A stretch of DNA of 35,903 bases from a virus (lineage: Duplodnaviria > Caudoviricetes). The stretch is taken from IMG/VR virus record IMGVR_UViG_3300027963_000170, positions 1-35,903 of that record. One strand, given 5' to 3'. The notes below the pieces were generated by a model. The model was not told where the DNA came from, ran no database searches, and saw only the letters and a list, made by a program, of their open reading frames with translations. Below are positions 35,415 to 35,903 of this stretch, one piece after another. Position 1 is the first letter of the stretch. Each line of letters begins with the position of its first letter. A program made the position numbers and the translations under genes.

Positions 35415-35903
35415 ATGGCCGAAAAATCCTCCCACTGGTATGCTGCCGACGGCAGCGCCCACCACACCGTCCCGGTAAAATCCAAGCCGGGCACCTACCG
35501 CCCCACCACCCTGCGCGACGCCAAGGAGTTGCGCCTTTACCCCAGCGTCACGACCATCCTCGGCATGTTCGCCAAGCCCCAGCTTGAGGACTGGAAGTTT
35601 CGCCAGATCACCGACGCAGCCCACGCCTCCCCACCAACAGCCAGCGAAACGACGCAGGAATACCACGACCGCATACTGGAGCGTGCCTTCCAGCAGGTCC
35701 AAGATGCGGCTGATGCCGGCACCCTAATCCACAAGGGAGCCGAACTTGCTTTGTCCGGACTAGAATACGACGAGGACGCGCCGGTGTTTTTACCCAGTTT
35801 GAATGCCAGCTTCCCACTCAAGACCTTTATTGAGCCGATTTGCCGATTCGTCGCCGACGAGGAGATCAACGTGACCGGAAACGAGTTGCGACTAGTTAAT
35901 CAG
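35415..35903 (+). CDS. PD-(D/E)XK exonuclease (Cas4-like phage recombination nuclease), truncated by the window end; not in the ORF track
   Basis: Manual translation: MAEKSSHWYAADG...TTLRDAKELRLYPSVTTILG..AKPQLEDWK...AADAGTLIH...E.RLV; no stop before the end. Confidence 0.85.
   Translation, partial: MAEKSSHWYAADGSAHHTVPVKSKPGTYRPTTLRDAKELRLYPSVTTILGMFAKPQLEDWKFRQITDAAHASPPTASETTQEYHDRILERAFQQVQDAADAGTLIHKGAELALSGLEYDEDAPVFLPSLNASFPLKTFIEPICRFVADEEINVTGNELRLVNQ

Larger units (their letters stand above)
33864..35646 (+). repeat. Dispersed co-oriented 12-mer CAACAGCCAGCG
   Basis: Exact at 33864, 34143, 34611, 34983 and 35635; 11/12 at 33879 and 34092; first 10 nt at 35224. Confidence 0.9.
1..35903. 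mobile_element. Tailed bacteriophage genome segment (podovirus-like morphogenesis module), incomplete at both ends
   Basis: Contiguous TerS-TerL-portal-scaffold-capsid-adaptor-nozzle-ejection proteins-tailspike-holin order on the - strand; primase-helicase, RusA, ArdA, SSB and exonuclease on the + strand; no host housekeeping genes. Confidence 0.97.

Noticed and set aside
33864-35646. The 12-mer repeat as a CRISPR array or protein repeat
   Set aside because: Too short, irregularly spaced, inside genes and in different codon phases; no cas operon, and the Cas4-like nuclease is a typical phage exonuclease.
1-35903. Alternative genetic code, diversity-generating retroelement, integrase/att site, introns or inteins
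   Set aside because: Genes are intact and tightly packed in the standard code; no reverse transcriptase, TR/VR pair, recombinase or splicing motifs were seen.

Overview
Nearly the whole window is one tailed-phage genome segment (podovirus-type morphogenesis, T7/BPP-1-like gene order), cut at both ends inside replication genes. The + strand carries replication/recombination genes at 1-3.6 kb (T7 gp4/Twinkle-like primase-helicase, SWIM finger, RusA-like resolvase) and an early/anti-defence region at 32.2-35.9 kb (ArdA, small proteins, SSB-like protein, truncated PD-(D/E)XK exonuclease). The - strand from 31.2 to 3.6 kb is one late block: TerS, TerL, portal, scaffold, major capsid, decoration proteins, tail adaptor and nozzle, three ejection proteins (one a 2632-aa polyvalent protein with an ADP-ribosyltransferase-like cassette), an SGNH tailspike, an S26 signal-peptidase lipoprotein, holin-like proteins and a metallophosphoesterase. 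I see no RNA polymerase, DNA polymerase, integrase, endolysin, tRNA or CRISPR array. Main findings: (1) a RusA resolvase apparently split between two nested, same-strand reading frames, each with its own ATG (2169-2606 and 2248-2589); (2) a co-oriented 12-mer CAACAGCCAGCG repeated through early genes in different codon phases, Chi-like on the - strand; (3) a G-quadruplex/GCACG-repeat island between terS and terL; (4) a signal-peptidase lipoprotein in a lysis cassette with no recognisable endolysin; (5) TYSL-bounded cassettes in the giant ejection protein. All family calls come from reading motifs by eye; no searches were run.
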